Assembly: GCA_965222715.1 (NCBI GenBank)
Contig: OZ244961.1
Coordinates: forward strand, 204,609 to 268,608
DNA from: Minisyncoccota bacterium
GTDB taxonomy: Bacteria > Patescibacteriota > Minisyncoccia > Phycocordibacterales > JABMNX01
Direction of reading: 5' to 3'
Length of the DNA stretch: 64,000 nucleotides
The notes below the pieces were generated by a model. The model was not told the origin of the DNA, did not search any database, and was given only the letters and a program-made list of their open reading frames with translations. A program made the translations under genes and the position numbers. Position 1 is the stretch's first letter; each line of letters begins with the position of its first letter. Shown here one piece after another: positions 27,137 to 36,998 of the stretch.

Positions 27137-29188
27137 ATGAAAAAATTAAAGATAGAATCTGAATATGCTCCAGCAGGAGATCAGCCTAAGGCGATCGATG
27201 CTTTAGTAAAAGGCGTACAGTCTGGAGAACGACACCAGACCTTGTTGGGTGTGACTGGGTCAGGAAAAACATTTACTGTTGCAAACGTCATTGAAAAAGT
27301 TCAGAAACCGACCTTGGTTATTGCTCATAACAAAACACTTGCCGCACAACTTGCTCAAGAGTATCGAGAATTTTTTCCAAACAATGCCGTACACTACTTT
27401 GTATCCTACTACGACTACTATCAACCAGAGGCGTATGTTCCCACATCAGACACGTATATTGAAAAAGAAGCGCAGATAAATGAAGAGATTGACCGGTTGC
27501 GTCACGCAAGCACCCAAGCACTGTTAACGCGAAATGATGTCATCATTGTTGCATCAGTTTCATGTATTTATGGTTTGGGTAGCCCAGAAGAGTATGAAAA
27601 AGTACATGTGAAGTTAGTAGTTGGCGACAGTCTTTCACGTAGTGATTTTATACGAAAGCTCATTGATATCTACTTTGAACGGACTACTGCTGATCTCACG
27701 CCGGGTACGTTTCGTGCTGTTTCTAATAATATTGACATCATGCCGGTCAATGAGCGTGTAGTCTATCGCATTGGCCTTACTTCAGGGACTATTTCAAGTA
27801 TTACGGTGCTCGATGCAATTACCCGAGAAATTATTGAAGAGACTGATACGCTGTTTCTTTTTCCTGCAAAACACTACGTCACGCCAGAAGATGAAAGAGC
27901 TCGTGCAATTGAAGATATTAAGATTGAGTTGAAGGAACAGTTAGCTCAGTTTGAGCGAGAGGGTAAGGTGCTCGAAGCTGAGCGACTCAAACGTCGAACC
28001 ACACAAGATCTCGCGCTTATTCGTGAAATTGGCTACTGTAACGGTATCGAGAACTATTCTCGCCATTTTGATAGAAGAAAAGAAGGAGAGCCACCGTACA
28101 CACTTATTGATTATTTCCCTCATAAAAAAGATGGCACACCAGATTTTCTTACTGTTATCGATGAATCGCACGTTACTATACCGCAGCTTGCAGGAATGTA
28201 TGCAGGTGATCAGTCGCGGAAGAGTACATTAGTTGAGCATGGATTTCGTCTGCCTTCAGCAAAAGATAACCGTCCGCTTAACTTTGAAGAATTTGAGGCA
28301 CGTGTTGGTGAGACTATTTACACATCTGCAACACCTGGAAACTATGAAATTGAGCATGGAGGAGTACCAGTCGAGCAGATTATTCGCCCCACTGGTCTTG
28401 TTGATCCAAAAATTGAAGTAAAACCAATTACACAAAAGAGTGCGTATCAAGGACAGGTAAAAGACTTTATTGCTGAAACTGAAAAGGTGGTCAAAAACGG
28501 TGGTCGTGTATTAGTGACAACACTTACTAAAAAAATGGCAGAAGATTTGAGTGAGTATCTTAAAGATACAAACGTAAAAGCAGAATATATTCACAGTGAT
28601 GTAAAAACAATAGACCGTATCACTATTTTGACTGAGTTTAGAAAAGGCGAATTCGATGTGTTGGTGGGCGTGAACCTACTTCGTGAAGGACTTGATCTCC
28701 CAGAAGTTGAACTGGTTGGCATACTAGACGCAGATAAAGAAGGATTTTTACGTTCAGAAACATCGCTCATTCAAACCATTGGCCGTGCTGCTCGGAATGT
28801 TCTCGGCCGAGTTATTCTTTACGCTGACAATAGTACAGGTTCTATGGAGCGAGCAATAGATGAGACAAATCGCCGACGTGAAAAACAGCTGAGGTACAAC
28901 AAAGAACATGGTATTACCCCGCAAACGATTAAAAAACAAATTAAAGACATTACTGAGCAGTTACGAAGCGAACACACAAAGGCAGTTGGTACATTACTTG
29001 AAGTAGATAGGGATCTCTATAAGAAAAATCCAAAGAAGGTACTTAAAGAAAAACGACAGCAAATGGAGGAAGCAGTGAAAGTGCTTGATTTTGAGACAGC
29101 AGCAATTATTCGTGATGAGATATATGAGCTAGAAAAAGGAGAAAAAGGTGGAAAGAAAGGAAAGGTAGGGGGTAGAAAAAAGACATAG
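27137..29188 (+). CDS. uvrB: excinuclease ABC subunit B
   Basis: helicase motifs (GVTGSGKT, DESH), C-terminal UVR domain; ATG 27137. Confidence 0.95.
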   Translation: MKKLKIESEYAPAGDQPKAIDALVKGVQSGERHQTLLGVTGSGKTFTVANVIEKVQKPTLVIAHNKTLAAQLAQEYREFFPNNAVHYFVSYYDYYQPEAYVPTSDTYIEKEAQINEEIDRLRHASTQALLTRNDVIIVASVSCIYGLGSPEEYEKVHVKLVVGDSLSRSDFIRKLIDIYFERTTADLTPGTFRAVSNNIDIMPVNERVVYRIGLTSGTISSITVLDAITREIIEETDTLFLFPAKHYVTPEDERARAIEDIKIELKEQLAQFEREGKVLEAERLKRRTTQDLALIREIGYCNGIENYSRHFDRRKEGEPPYTLIDYFPHKKDGTPDFLTVIDESHVTIPQLAGMYAGDQSRKSTLVEHGFRLPSAKDNRPLNFEEFEARVGETIYTSATPGNYEIEHGGVPVEQIIRPTGLVDPKIEVKPITQKSAYQGQVKDFIAETEKVVKNGGRVLVTTLTKKMAEDLSEYLKDTNVKAEYIHSDVKTIDRITILTEFRKGEFDVLVGVNLLREGLDLPEVELVGILDADKEGFLRSETSLIQTIGRAARNVLGRVILYADNSTGSMERAIDETNRRREKQLRYNKEHGITPQTIKKQIKDITEQLRSEHTKAVGTLLEVDRDLYKKNPKKVLKEKRQQMEEAVKVLDFETAAIIRDEIYELEKGEKGGKKGKVGGRKKT

Positions 29189-29205
29189 AGCGAAGTAGAA
29201 CATAG

Positions 29206-29233
29206 AAAACGCCAAGAGTATTCTTGGCGTTTT
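29206..29233. terminator. terminator hairpin AAAACGCCAAGAGTATTCTTGGCGTTTT (family copy 3)
   Basis: perfect palindrome. Confidence 0.6.
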
Positions 29234-29305
29234 CTATAGGATGGCTTAGCTAAGCCATGTAAACACCTTAAGTGCTCAAGGTGTTTCCAAAGGTGTTTCT
29301 AAGAA

Positions 29306-29509
29306 TTATTTTTGTAATTTAAAAGCACTGTAGGCAAGGTAGAGTACACCAACTACCACAACCCAACTCAGCCACAGTGGTACTTCCCAGTCATTGTACA
29401 TAAGCTCCCATTCATTGAAGGCACGAAGTCCGTGAAGTATTGCCACACCAACAAAAAGGTAGCCGGTAATTTGAAAGTACTCTTTTTTCTGTAATGGTTT
29501 CATATGCAT
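29306..29509 (-). CDS. small hypothetical membrane protein (2 TM)
   Basis: ORF-track ORF convergent with uvrB; hydrophobic. Confidence 0.35.
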   Translation of the reverse strand: MHMKPLQKKEYFQITGYLFVGVAILHGLRAFNEWELMYNDWEVPLWLSWVVVVGVLYLAYSAFKLQK

Positions 29510-29625
29510 TGTATTATATACGAAGGTTATAAGATCTATATATTTCGCGTGTGGATATATGTAGGTAATTTTGATATAGTTCCACTACTCACCCTGTGTC
29601 CAACTGCAGGGCGATTTATAGTGTT

Positions 29626-32223
29626 ATGGAAGAACATATACATATAAAAGGTGCAAAGACACATAATCTTAAGGATGTTGATTTAGAAATTCCACGAAAC
29701 AAGATGGTGGTATTTACTGGTCTCTCTGGATCAGGGAAGTCATCACTTGCATTCGATACTATTTTTGCAGAAGGACAAAGAAAGTATGTTGAGTCACTTT
29801 CAGCATATGCACGTCAATTTCTTCGACAAATGCAAAAACCAGATGTTGAAGAAATTTCTGGCCTCTCACCAGCTATTTCAATTGATCAAAAATCACGCTC
29901 AAACAACCCACGCTCAACCGTTGCAACAATAACTGAGATTTATGATTACTTGCGTATTCTCTATGCTCGGGTTGGTAAACCGTATTGTCTTCATCACGAT
30001 GTAGAGATTAAAAAACTTTCGCATGAAGAGGTAATGAGAGTAGTGCTTGCTGTTGTTCAAAAAAATATTACAAAAAAAACAGGGAAGCAGGTGCTTGGTG
30101 CTGAATATTCTGACCTCAAGGTGCGCATTTTCTCACCAGTTGTTGTTGGGCGAAAAGGTGAGTACTATCAACTTCTTTATGATTTACTCGGTAAGGGGTA
30201 TGAGCGTGTACGCATTGATGGGAAACTGCACCAATTACGAGAGAAGATTGAGTTAAAAAAGACTAAAAAACACAATATTGATGTACTCGTTGATGAGATT
30301 TTTGTCAGTGAATTTAAGGATGATAAAGCAAGTGCAACTGAACGGCTTTCTGAGGCAATCGAGCAAGCACTCAATGAGAGCGATGGACTGATTACTATAG
30401 AAGATCCAGAAGGAGAACAGCAGACACTTTCAGCAAAGTTTATTTGCCCAGAAGATGGTAGTTCATTTCCTGAGGTAGAGCCACGACTCTTTTCATTTAA
30501 CTCCCCATATGGCGCATGTCCTGAATGTAATGGGCTAGGAACTAAATATTTCTTTGGAAGTGAGTTATGTGATTCGTGTCAGGGCGCTCGACTGCGGCCT
30601 GAGGCACTGCGCGTATACCTTGGTGGTGATCCAAAAGCGGGAAAGAATATTGTAGACTTCACGTCGCTTTCAATTAGTGATGCGTATGATTTTCTTTCAA
30701 AACTCAAACTCACTAAAAAAGAAGAAGAAATTTCAAATGTGGTAGTGAAAGAGATACTCAATCGTCTACAATTCATGATTGATGTGGGTATCGAATACCT
30801 CTCTCTTGATCGTCGCGCAAACACACTTTCAGGTGGAGAAGCGCAACGTATTCGGCTTGCGTCTCAACTTGGCTCAGGTCTTGTCGGAGCGCTCTACGTA
30901 CTTGATGAACCAACAATTGGATTACACCAGAGAGACAACGACCGATTAATTAAAACACTCCTTAACCTCCGTGACCTCGGTAACACTATTGTTGTGGTTG
31001 AACACGATGAAGACACTATCTATTCAGCTGACTACATTGTTGATATTGGTCCTGGTGCGGGAGTGCATGGAGGAGAAATTGTTGTCTCCGGTTGGCTTGA
31101 TAAGCTTTTGACTGCAAAAACAAATCCATCAAAATCAGTTACGCTTGAGTATTTACGTGGAGACAAGGAGATAGAGATTCCTGAAAAGCGTCGTGATTCT
31201 CAAAAAGGTGCACTCAAAGTGCGTGGTGGAAGCATTTTTAACATACAAAATATGAACATTGATGTGCCACTTGGTCGCTTAGTCACCATTACTGGTGTAT
31301 CTGGCTCAGGTAAATCAAGTTTGATGTATGAGATTATTTACAAAAATCTTCGGGCACGTTTTGAGAAAAAGCATCGTTCAGCAAAAGTCTACAATTGTGC
31401 AAAATTTGAAGGTACTGAGTACCTTGGCCGCTCTATTTTAATTGATCAGTCACCAATTGGGCGTACACCACGTTCAAACCCAGCAACGTATACTGGTGCA
31501 TTTACCCACATCAGAGATCTTTTTGCAGCAACAAGTGAAGCACGTGCGCGTGGATGGAAAGCGGGACGATTTTCATTCAATGTGAAAGGTGGTCGGTGTG
31601 AAGCGTGTCAGGGAAATGGTGTTGTTTCAGTTGAGATGCATTTCCTACCTACAGTGTATGTATCATGCGATGTATGTAATGGTAAGCGATTTACCAAGGA
31701 AACGCTTGAGGTGAAGTATAAGAAGAAAAATATTTATGAAGTCCTTCGCATGACGGTTGAAGAAGCACTGACATTCTTTGAAGATATTCCTGCAATTTAT
31801 GATCGGCTAAAGACGCTCAATGATGTGGGGTTGGGATATCTTGAGCTCGGACAGTCTGCAACAACACTTTCTGGTGGTGAAGCTCAGAGAGTGAAAATTT
31901 CTTCAGAGCTCTATCGTCCACATACACAAAAGACTATCTACCTTCTTGATGAGCCAACTATTGGTCTTCATTATGAAGATGTACAGAAACTCATTGAAAT
32001 TCTTCAAGAGTTAGTTAACAAAGGAAACACTGTAGTGATGATTGAACACAACATGGATATTATAAAAAGTTCAGATTACCTCATTGATATTGGCCCTGAG
32101 GGTGGAGTTGGTGGTGGTAAGGTAGTTGCCAAAGGGACACCTGAGGAAGTTGCTCAAACAAAAGGCTCGTATACAGGAGAGTATCTTAAGAAAATTCTTA
32201 AAAAGAAACGCACAGGTAGCTAG
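29626..32223 (+). CDS. uvrA: excinuclease ABC subunit A
   Basis: two ABC ATPase modules, zinc fingers; N-terminus [20 protein letters not shown] matches UvrA start. Confidence 0.95.
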   Translation: MEEHIHIKGAKTHNLKDVDLEIPRNKMVVFTGLSGSGKSSLAFDTIFAEGQRKYVESLSAYARQFLRQMQKPDVEEISGLSPAISIDQKSRSNNPRSTVATITEIYDYLRILYARVGKPYCLHHDVEIKKLSHEEVMRVVLAVVQKNITKKTGKQVLGAEYSDLKVRIFSPVVVGRKGEYYQLLYDLLGKGYERVRIDGKLHQLREKIELKKTKKHNIDVLVDEIFVSEFKDDKASATERLSEAIEQALNESDGLITIEDPEGEQQTLSAKFICPEDGSSFPEVEPRLFSFNSPYGACPECNGLGTKYFFGSELCDSCQGARLRPEALRVYLGGDPKAGKNIVDFTSLSISDAYDFLSKLKLTKKEEEISNVVVKEILNRLQFMIDVGIEYLSLDRRANTLSGGEAQRIRLASQLGSGLVGALYVLDEPTIGLHQRDNDRLIKTLLNLRDLGNTIVVVEHDEDTIYSADYIVDIGPGAGVHGGEIVVSGWLDKLLTAKTNPSKSVTLEYLRGDKEIEIPEKRRDSQKGALKVRGGSIFNIQNMNIDVPLGRLVTITGVSGSGKSSLMYEIIYKNLRARFEKKHRSAKVYNCAKFEGTEYLGRSILIDQSPIGRTPRSNPATYTGAFTHIRDLFAATSEARARGWKAGRFSFNVKGGRCEACQGNGVVSVEMHFLPTVYVSCDVCNGKRFTKETLEVKYKKKNIYEVLRMTVEEALTFFEDIPAIYDRLKTLNDVGLGYLELGQSATTLSGGEAQRVKISSELYRPHTQKTIYLLDEPTIGLHYEDVQKLIEILQELVNKGNTVVMIEHNMDIIKSSDYLIDIGPEGGVGGGKVVAKGTPEEVAQTKGSYTGEYLKKILKKKRTGS

Positions 32224-32301
32224 TTGCGGTCTAGTGATTCCATGCTACACTGAGGCTTTAGAGTGTTCTATTTGAGTAACGACTGGAAAGGGGTGTGAAA
32301 A

Positions 32302-32553
32302 ATGAATCTTGGTGCAGCTGCGGCTACCTCTCTCAACGATTCCAGCGACACAATGCTGGAAAGATTGCGAGTTCATTTCGAGGTGCAGAACGATAGACAG
32401 GTATTCTGTCGAGCGTACCGGTGGTATCACAACAATCCGGATGAAACGGCGCCAGAGGGGTATTACGTGAAATTTCAAGAAGGGGAGCTCTCCCTACAAG
32501 AAATCACCTTTGTTCTTCGTGCTTACGAGGTCTTGGTCTGCGGAATGCCGTAG
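32302..32553 (+). CDS. hypothetical protein (83 aa), GC-rich insert between uvrA and uvrC
   Basis: GGAAAGGGG RBS; GC ~55%; own terminator. Confidence 0.45.
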   Translation: MNLGAAAATSLNDSSDTMLERLRVHFEVQNDRQVFCRAYRWYHNNPDETAPEGYYVKFQEGELSLQEITFVLRAYEVLVCGMP

Positions 32554-32566
32554 CGCAAAGGAAGAC

Positions 32567-32600
32567 ACGTCGCGATCTAGTATCGCGACGTTTCGTTTTT
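32567..32600 (+). terminator. intrinsic terminator ACGTCGCGAT-ctagt-ATCGCGACGT + T-run
   Basis: perfect 10-bp stem then TTTCGTTTTT. Confidence 0.6.
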
Positions 32601-32637
32601 GCAGAATATATTTTTTTAATGCACAATTCTTATTGCT

Positions 32638-33876
32638 ATGACTGTTGAAGATGTTAATAAAAAAGACCTTCCTGATGCACCAGGTGTGTACATATTTAGA
32701 GGTGCCCACAAGAAAATCCTTTATATTGGGAAAGCAACGTCACTCAAAAATCGTGTGCGAAGCTATTTTTCATCTGACATTGGGTATGTACGAAGCCCAC
32801 TCATTGCGCGCATGGTTTTGGAGGCGAGAGATATTGATATTGAAGAAACAGATTCAGTGCTTGAGGCACTTATTTTGGAGGCAAATCTCATTAAAAAGTA
32901 TCAGCCGCCATATAACTCAAAAGAGAAGGATGATAAGAGTTTTAATTATGTAGTTATTACTGACGAAGAGATTCCACGTGTACTCACTGTTCGGGGGAAA
33001 GACCTACCATCCTTAAAAGCTGAAAGCTACAAGGTTAAAGCTCTCTATGGCCCCTTCCCTAAAGGTGGACAATTTAAAGAGGCAATGAAAATTATTCGAA
33101 AGATCTTTCCTTACTTTGATACGAAGTATCCAATTACTAACTCACTCTCAAAGTCACAAGAAAAACAAGTGCGGTTTAACCAATCGATTGGTATATTCCC
33201 TGGTGTTCCTGGTGAGCCAATTGATGCAAAAGCATATGCACGAACTATGAGGCACTTACGACTTTTTCTTGATGGGAAAAAGAAACGACTCTTGAGCTCT
33301 CTTGAGAGAGACATGAAACAATTAGCACAAAAAGAACAGTTCGAAGAAGCTGAAAGTAGGAAGCGACAAATATTTGCGCTTACCCACATACAAGACGTAT
33401 CACTTATTAAAGATGAGTATCGCACTACTCGAGGAAGAGAAGGTTTTCGTATTGAATCGTATGATGTTGCACATACTGCTGGCACTGATGTTGTTGGCGT
33501 TATGACAGTTGTTGAAGACGGTGAAGCTGATCCAGGTGAGTATCGGAAATTTAAATTGAAGGTTGATGTAAATAATGACGTTAAGGCATTGAAAGAGATT
33601 CTTGAGCGACGTTTAGGGCACAGTGAGTGGACGTACCCACGACTTATTGTTGTTGATGGTGGAAGAGCGCAAGTAAATGCAGCTGAAAAAGTTTTAAAGG
33701 ATAACGGGTACGACATTTCAGTGGTTGGGGTCACAAAAGACGAATATCACCGACCAAAAGGGTTTGTAGGGGATCGTGTGCTCATTAATATGTATGAGCG
33801 AGAAATACTTCTTGCAAACAGTGAGGCACACCGTTTTGCAATAAACTATCATCGATCACGACGTAGAAAGTATTAA
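32638..33876 (+). CDS. uvrC: excinuclease ABC subunit C (short form: GIY-YIG + UVR + RNase H-like endonuclease, no C-terminal HhH)
   Basis: GVYIFRG...ILYIGKA GIY-YIG, UVR coiled coil, ESYDVAHTAG catalytic region. Confidence 0.85.
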   Translation: MTVEDVNKKDLPDAPGVYIFRGAHKKILYIGKATSLKNRVRSYFSSDIGYVRSPLIARMVLEARDIDIEETDSVLEALILEANLIKKYQPPYNSKEKDDKSFNYVVITDEEIPRVLTVRGKDLPSLKAESYKVKALYGPFPKGGQFKEAMKIIRKIFPYFDTKYPITNSLSKSQEKQVRFNQSIGIFPGVPGEPIDAKAYARTMRHLRLFLDGKKKRLLSSLERDMKQLAQKEQFEEAESRKRQIFALTHIQDVSLIKDEYRTTRGREGFRIESYDVAHTAGTDVVGVMTVVEDGEADPGEYRKFKLKVDVNNDVKALKEILERRLGHSEWTYPRLIVVDGGRAQVNAAEKVLKDNGYDISVVGVTKDEYHRPKGFVGDRVLINMYEREILLANSEAHRFAINYHRSRRRKY

Positions 33877-33909
33877 ATTACGTAGCGGTAGTGCTATACT
33901 AAGAGCACT

Positions 33910-34884
33910 ATGCGAAGAATTCGTGTTGGCGTACTTCGGGGAGGGCCATCGAGCGAGTATGATATCTCACTTAAAACTGGTGGGAATGTGCTCAAACATC
34001 TCAACGAAGAAAAATATGAACCAGTTGACGTCTTAATTTCACGAGACGGTGCGTGGCACTTACGTGGTTTTGAAGTGGTGCCAGAAAAAGTATTGCAGTA
34101 TGTCGATGTGGTATTCAATGCGCTTCACGGAGAGTATGGAGAAGATGGGCAGGTACAGAAAATCCTAGAGTCATTTCATATGCCATATACTGGCTCGCGC
34201 CGCCTTGCTTCAGCTGTTTCAATAAATAAACCACATGCAAAACACATTGTTTCAGAGAGAGGTATTCGTACTCCGCATCATATTATTATTGAACGGACAC
34301 CTCATATTGAATCTAAAGCGCTTGAGATATTTCGCACATTCCCTCAGCCAGTTGTCATAAAGCCGGTAGGGAAGGGTTCGTCGCTTGGCGTTACATTTGC
34401 TGGTTCATACGACGACTTGGTTACCGCACTTCACACTGCACTTGAAGAATCACCAACAGCTATGGTCGAAGAGTATGTCCGTGGAAAAGAGGTTACGAGC
34501 GGGGTTGTTGAGCAATTTCGTGATGAAGATCGCTATACACTGCTTCCGATTCAGATAGTACTCCCTAAAGAAAAGCCATGTTTTGATTATGATTTGAAGT
34601 ACTCTCCACAAAACAGTGGGGTACTACAGTGTCCAGGGAATCTCTCTCCTGAAGAGAAGTTATTGATTCGTGACGCAACGCGACGCGTGCATGAAGCCTT
34701 AGGACTTCGTCATTACTCGCGTTCTGACTTTATTGTGACACCGCGTGGTGTATATTTCCTTGAAGCAAACACACTCCCAGGACTTACTGAGTACTCTCTT
34801 GTACCACATGCTCTTAAGGAGGCAGGATGCGCGTTCGATGATTTTGTTGACCATCTCATTACTCTTGCTGTTGAAAGTAAATAA
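33910..34884 (+). CDS. ddl: D-alanine--D-alanine ligase
   Basis: ATP-grasp fold; VGVLRGGPSSEYDISL N-terminus. Confidence 0.9.
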   Translation: MRRIRVGVLRGGPSSEYDISLKTGGNVLKHLNEEKYEPVDVLISRDGAWHLRGFEVVPEKVLQYVDVVFNALHGEYGEDGQVQKILESFHMPYTGSRRLASAVSINKPHAKHIVSERGIRTPHHIIIERTPHIESKALEIFRTFPQPVVIKPVGKGSSLGVTFAGSYDDLVTALHTALEESPTAMVEEYVRGKEVTSGVVEQFRDEDRYTLLPIQIVLPKEKPCFDYDLKYSPQNSGVLQCPGNLSPEEKLLIRDATRRVHEALGLRHYSRSDFIVTPRGVYFLEANTLPGLTEYSLVPHALKEAGCAFDDFVDHLITLAVESK

Positions 34885-34910
34885 GGTATACTGTTCGAGT
34901 ACATTTACTT

Positions 34911-34984
34911 GGGCCCGTAGCTCAGTTGGCTAGAGCGCCTCATTTGCACTGAGGAGGCCGGGGGTTCGAATCCTCTCGGGTCCA
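34911..34984 (+). tRNA. tRNA-Ala (anticodon UGC)
   Basis: manual fold: G3:U70 identity pair, anticodon loop TTTGCAC, T-loop TTCGAAT, discriminator A73. Confidence 0.8.
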
Positions 34985-35083
34985 CAGCTTAAATCGTCCT
35001 TATTTTTCAAGGCATTTTTTGCCTACTTATTTTGCATTTGGAACCGTTTTTGTAACAACAAATACAAACCTCTTCTTGCGCCT

Positions 35084-35102
35084 TATACCCCCTAGGGGTA
35101 TA
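35084..35102. promoter_or_regulatory. CsoR-type operator: GC-tract palindrome TATACCCCCTAGGGGTATA overlapping -10 (TATAAT 35099-35104)
   Basis: inverted repeat read from sequence, 12 nt upstream of csoR ATG; matches known CsoR/RcnR operator style (ATACCC-N-GGGTAT). Confidence 0.55.
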
Positions 35103-35113
35103 ATGTCCTGTGT

Positions 35114-35383
35114 ATGAAAGCAGAAACGAAAAAGCAGGTACAAAATCGTCTTCGACGTGTCGAGGGTCAGGTGCGTGGACTCCAAAAAATGGTCGATGAG
35201 GAACAGTATTGCGTTGATATTATTACACAGTCGTCCGCAGTACGGAGCGCACTCTCGGCAGTTGAGGATTTGATGCTTGAAAATCACTTGTCCGAACACG
35301 TCATTCACCAGATGAAGCAGGGACAGGAGAAGAAAGCGATCAGTGAAATTATCAACATATTTAATAAAGCTAAGAAAAAATAA
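35114..35383 (+). CDS. csoR: CsoR/RcnR-family metal-sensing transcriptional repressor
   Basis: 89 aa; RLRRVEGQVRGLQKMVDEEQYCVDIITQ...H..H/C pattern of DUF156 family. Confidence 0.8.
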   Translation: MKAETKKQVQNRLRRVEGQVRGLQKMVDEEQYCVDIITQSSAVRSALSAVEDLMLENHLSEHVIHQMKQGQEKKAISEIINIFNKAKKK

Positions 35384-35384
35384 T

Positions 35385-35819
35385 ATGGAAAACAAAAACC
35401 AAACAATCATTATCGGTCTCCTCGCCCTTATCGTCGGGCTTCTTCTCGGCTACTTCTTCGGTGCCAATAACATGCCACACCGAGGATTCTTCTCAAATGA
35501 GTCAATGTACGAGGAAATGGAAGAGCACATGGGAGGGTATGAGTACAATGATGAAATCGTAAGCGGCGACGGCGAATTAATGCATATGATGGACGAAATG
35601 ATGCTTATTGGGCGTGGTCAGACTGGAGACGCATATGAAGAAGCGTGGCTCCGTGGTATGGTCGTGCATCACATAGGAGCGATCAGAATGTCAGAGCAAC
35701 TCTTGAAAGAAACGGATCGTCCAGAACTTATCGAACTTGCAAACAACATCATTGAAAGTCAGTCGAGAGAGGTTGAACAGATGAAAGGTTGGCTTAATTC
35801 ATGGTTCAATGAAAACTAA
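35385..35819 (+). CDS. DUF305 domain protein (single repeat), membrane-anchored
   Basis: MVVHHIGAIRM motif; TM at N-terminus. Confidence 0.65.
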   Translation: MENKNQTIIIGLLALIVGLLLGYFFGANNMPHRGFFSNESMYEEMEEHMGGYEYNDEIVSGDGELMHMMDEMMLIGRGQTGDAYEEAWLRGMVVHHIGAIRMSEQLLKETDRPELIELANNIIESQSREVEQMKGWLNSWFNEN

Positions 35820-35820
35820 T

Positions 35821-36306
35821 ATGAAAAGCAATCTTATTATCGGAATACTGGTTGTCGCAGTGATCGCTGTTGTCGGCGTTATGGCAACACAAGCGTTCCC
35901 TAAGCAAAGCACAATTACTGAAGTTCCAACTAACGGACTTTTGGCAACCATATATAAATCGCCAAGCTGTGGTTGTTGCGGGCAATACGCTACGTATTTA
36001 GAGAAAAAGGGATACGGCGTTGATGTTGAGGGAGTTGCGAATATGCAATCGATAAAAGAACAGTACGACATACCGTATGAGCTTGAGAGCTGTCACACGA
36101 TGGAGATTGACGGGTATGTAGTCGAGGGGCATATTCCGGAGGAAGCAGTGCAGAAGCTTCTTGCTGAACGACCAGATATCAAAGGCATCGGTATGGCAGG
36201 CATGCCATCAGGTTCTCCAGGAATGCCGGGTCCTAAAACATCAGACTTCGTGATTTACGAGATCACTCATAACGGCACAAAGGGCGACGTCTTTATGACT
36301 ATTTAA
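35821..36306 (+). CDS. DUF411 domain metal-binding protein (CxCC motif)
   Basis: SPSCGCCGQY motif, TM anchor; alternative start 35809. Confidence 0.6.
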   Translation: MKSNLIIGILVVAVIAVVGVMATQAFPKQSTITEVPTNGLLATIYKSPSCGCCGQYATYLEKKGYGVDVEGVANMQSIKEQYDIPYELESCHTMEIDGYVVEGHIPEEAVQKLLAERPDIKGIGMAGMPSGSPGMPGPKTSDFVIYEITHNGTKGDVFMTI

Positions 36307-36324
36307 CTAACGATTAGTGGATAT

Positions 36325-36708
36325 ATGAACTACGGACACAAAAAACAAGTCTCGCTATCGTTTGACGAAGCAGTGGAAAAAGTTCGAGTGGAACTCGCTA
36401 AAGAGGGATTCGGTGTTTTAACCGAAATTGACGTTGCAACAACACTTAAAAAGAAGCTCGATGTTGAGTACGACAATTACGTTATTCTCGGTGCATGTAA
36501 TCCGCCGTTTGCTTATGAGGCACTCAAAGCTGAGAAAGACATCGGTCTTCTATTGCCGTGCAATGTCATTGTGTATGAAAACAATGGTAACGTGTTCGTT
36601 TCCGCAATTCTTCCGACAGTAGCAATGAACATGGTGGAGAATGAAACACTCGGTACTATTGCCAAAGAGGTCGAGAGTAAATTAATTAAGGTCGTTAAGA
36701 ACATATAA
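36325..36708 (+). CDS. DUF302 domain protein
   Basis: GFGVLTEIDV...ILGACNPPFAYEAL...GLLLPCNVIVYE signature. Confidence 0.65.
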   Translation: MNYGHKKQVSLSFDEAVEKVRVELAKEGFGVLTEIDVATTLKKKLDVEYDNYVILGACNPPFAYEALKAEKDIGLLLPCNVIVYENNGNVFVSAILPTVAMNMVENETLGTIAKEVESKLIKVVKNI

Positions 36709-36720
36709 TCGAAAGTATTT

Positions 36721-36987
36721 ATGAACAACTTACACATTATAAAAACAGGAAATGCGTTCGGTATCCTTTCAGTCATCTTCTTCCTGTTCTGCATGGCATG
36801 GGGATTCTTGCTCACTGATCCAGTGCTTAAGGAGCTTCATGTAAATATTCTGCGCATTGCATATCCGGGCTTCACCATGAGTCTTATTGGGGCAGTCATT
36901 GGTCTGGTCGAAACTTTTATTTACGGATGGATATTTGGTGCCCTCTTTGCGTGGGTGTGCCGAAAAGTCTGTATCTCTAACGTATAG
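36721..36987 (+). CDS. small hypothetical membrane protein
   Basis: 88 aa, 2 TM. Confidence 0.35.
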   Translation: MNNLHIIKTGNAFGILSVIFFLFCMAWGFLLTDPVLKELHVNILRIAYPGFTMSLIGAVIGLVETFIYGWIFGALFAWVCRKVCISNV

Positions 36988-36998
36988 CAAATGCAAGA

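Noticed and set aside
35027-35410. 127-aa minus-strand ORF
   Set aside because: Antisense to csoR, whose family assignment is clear.
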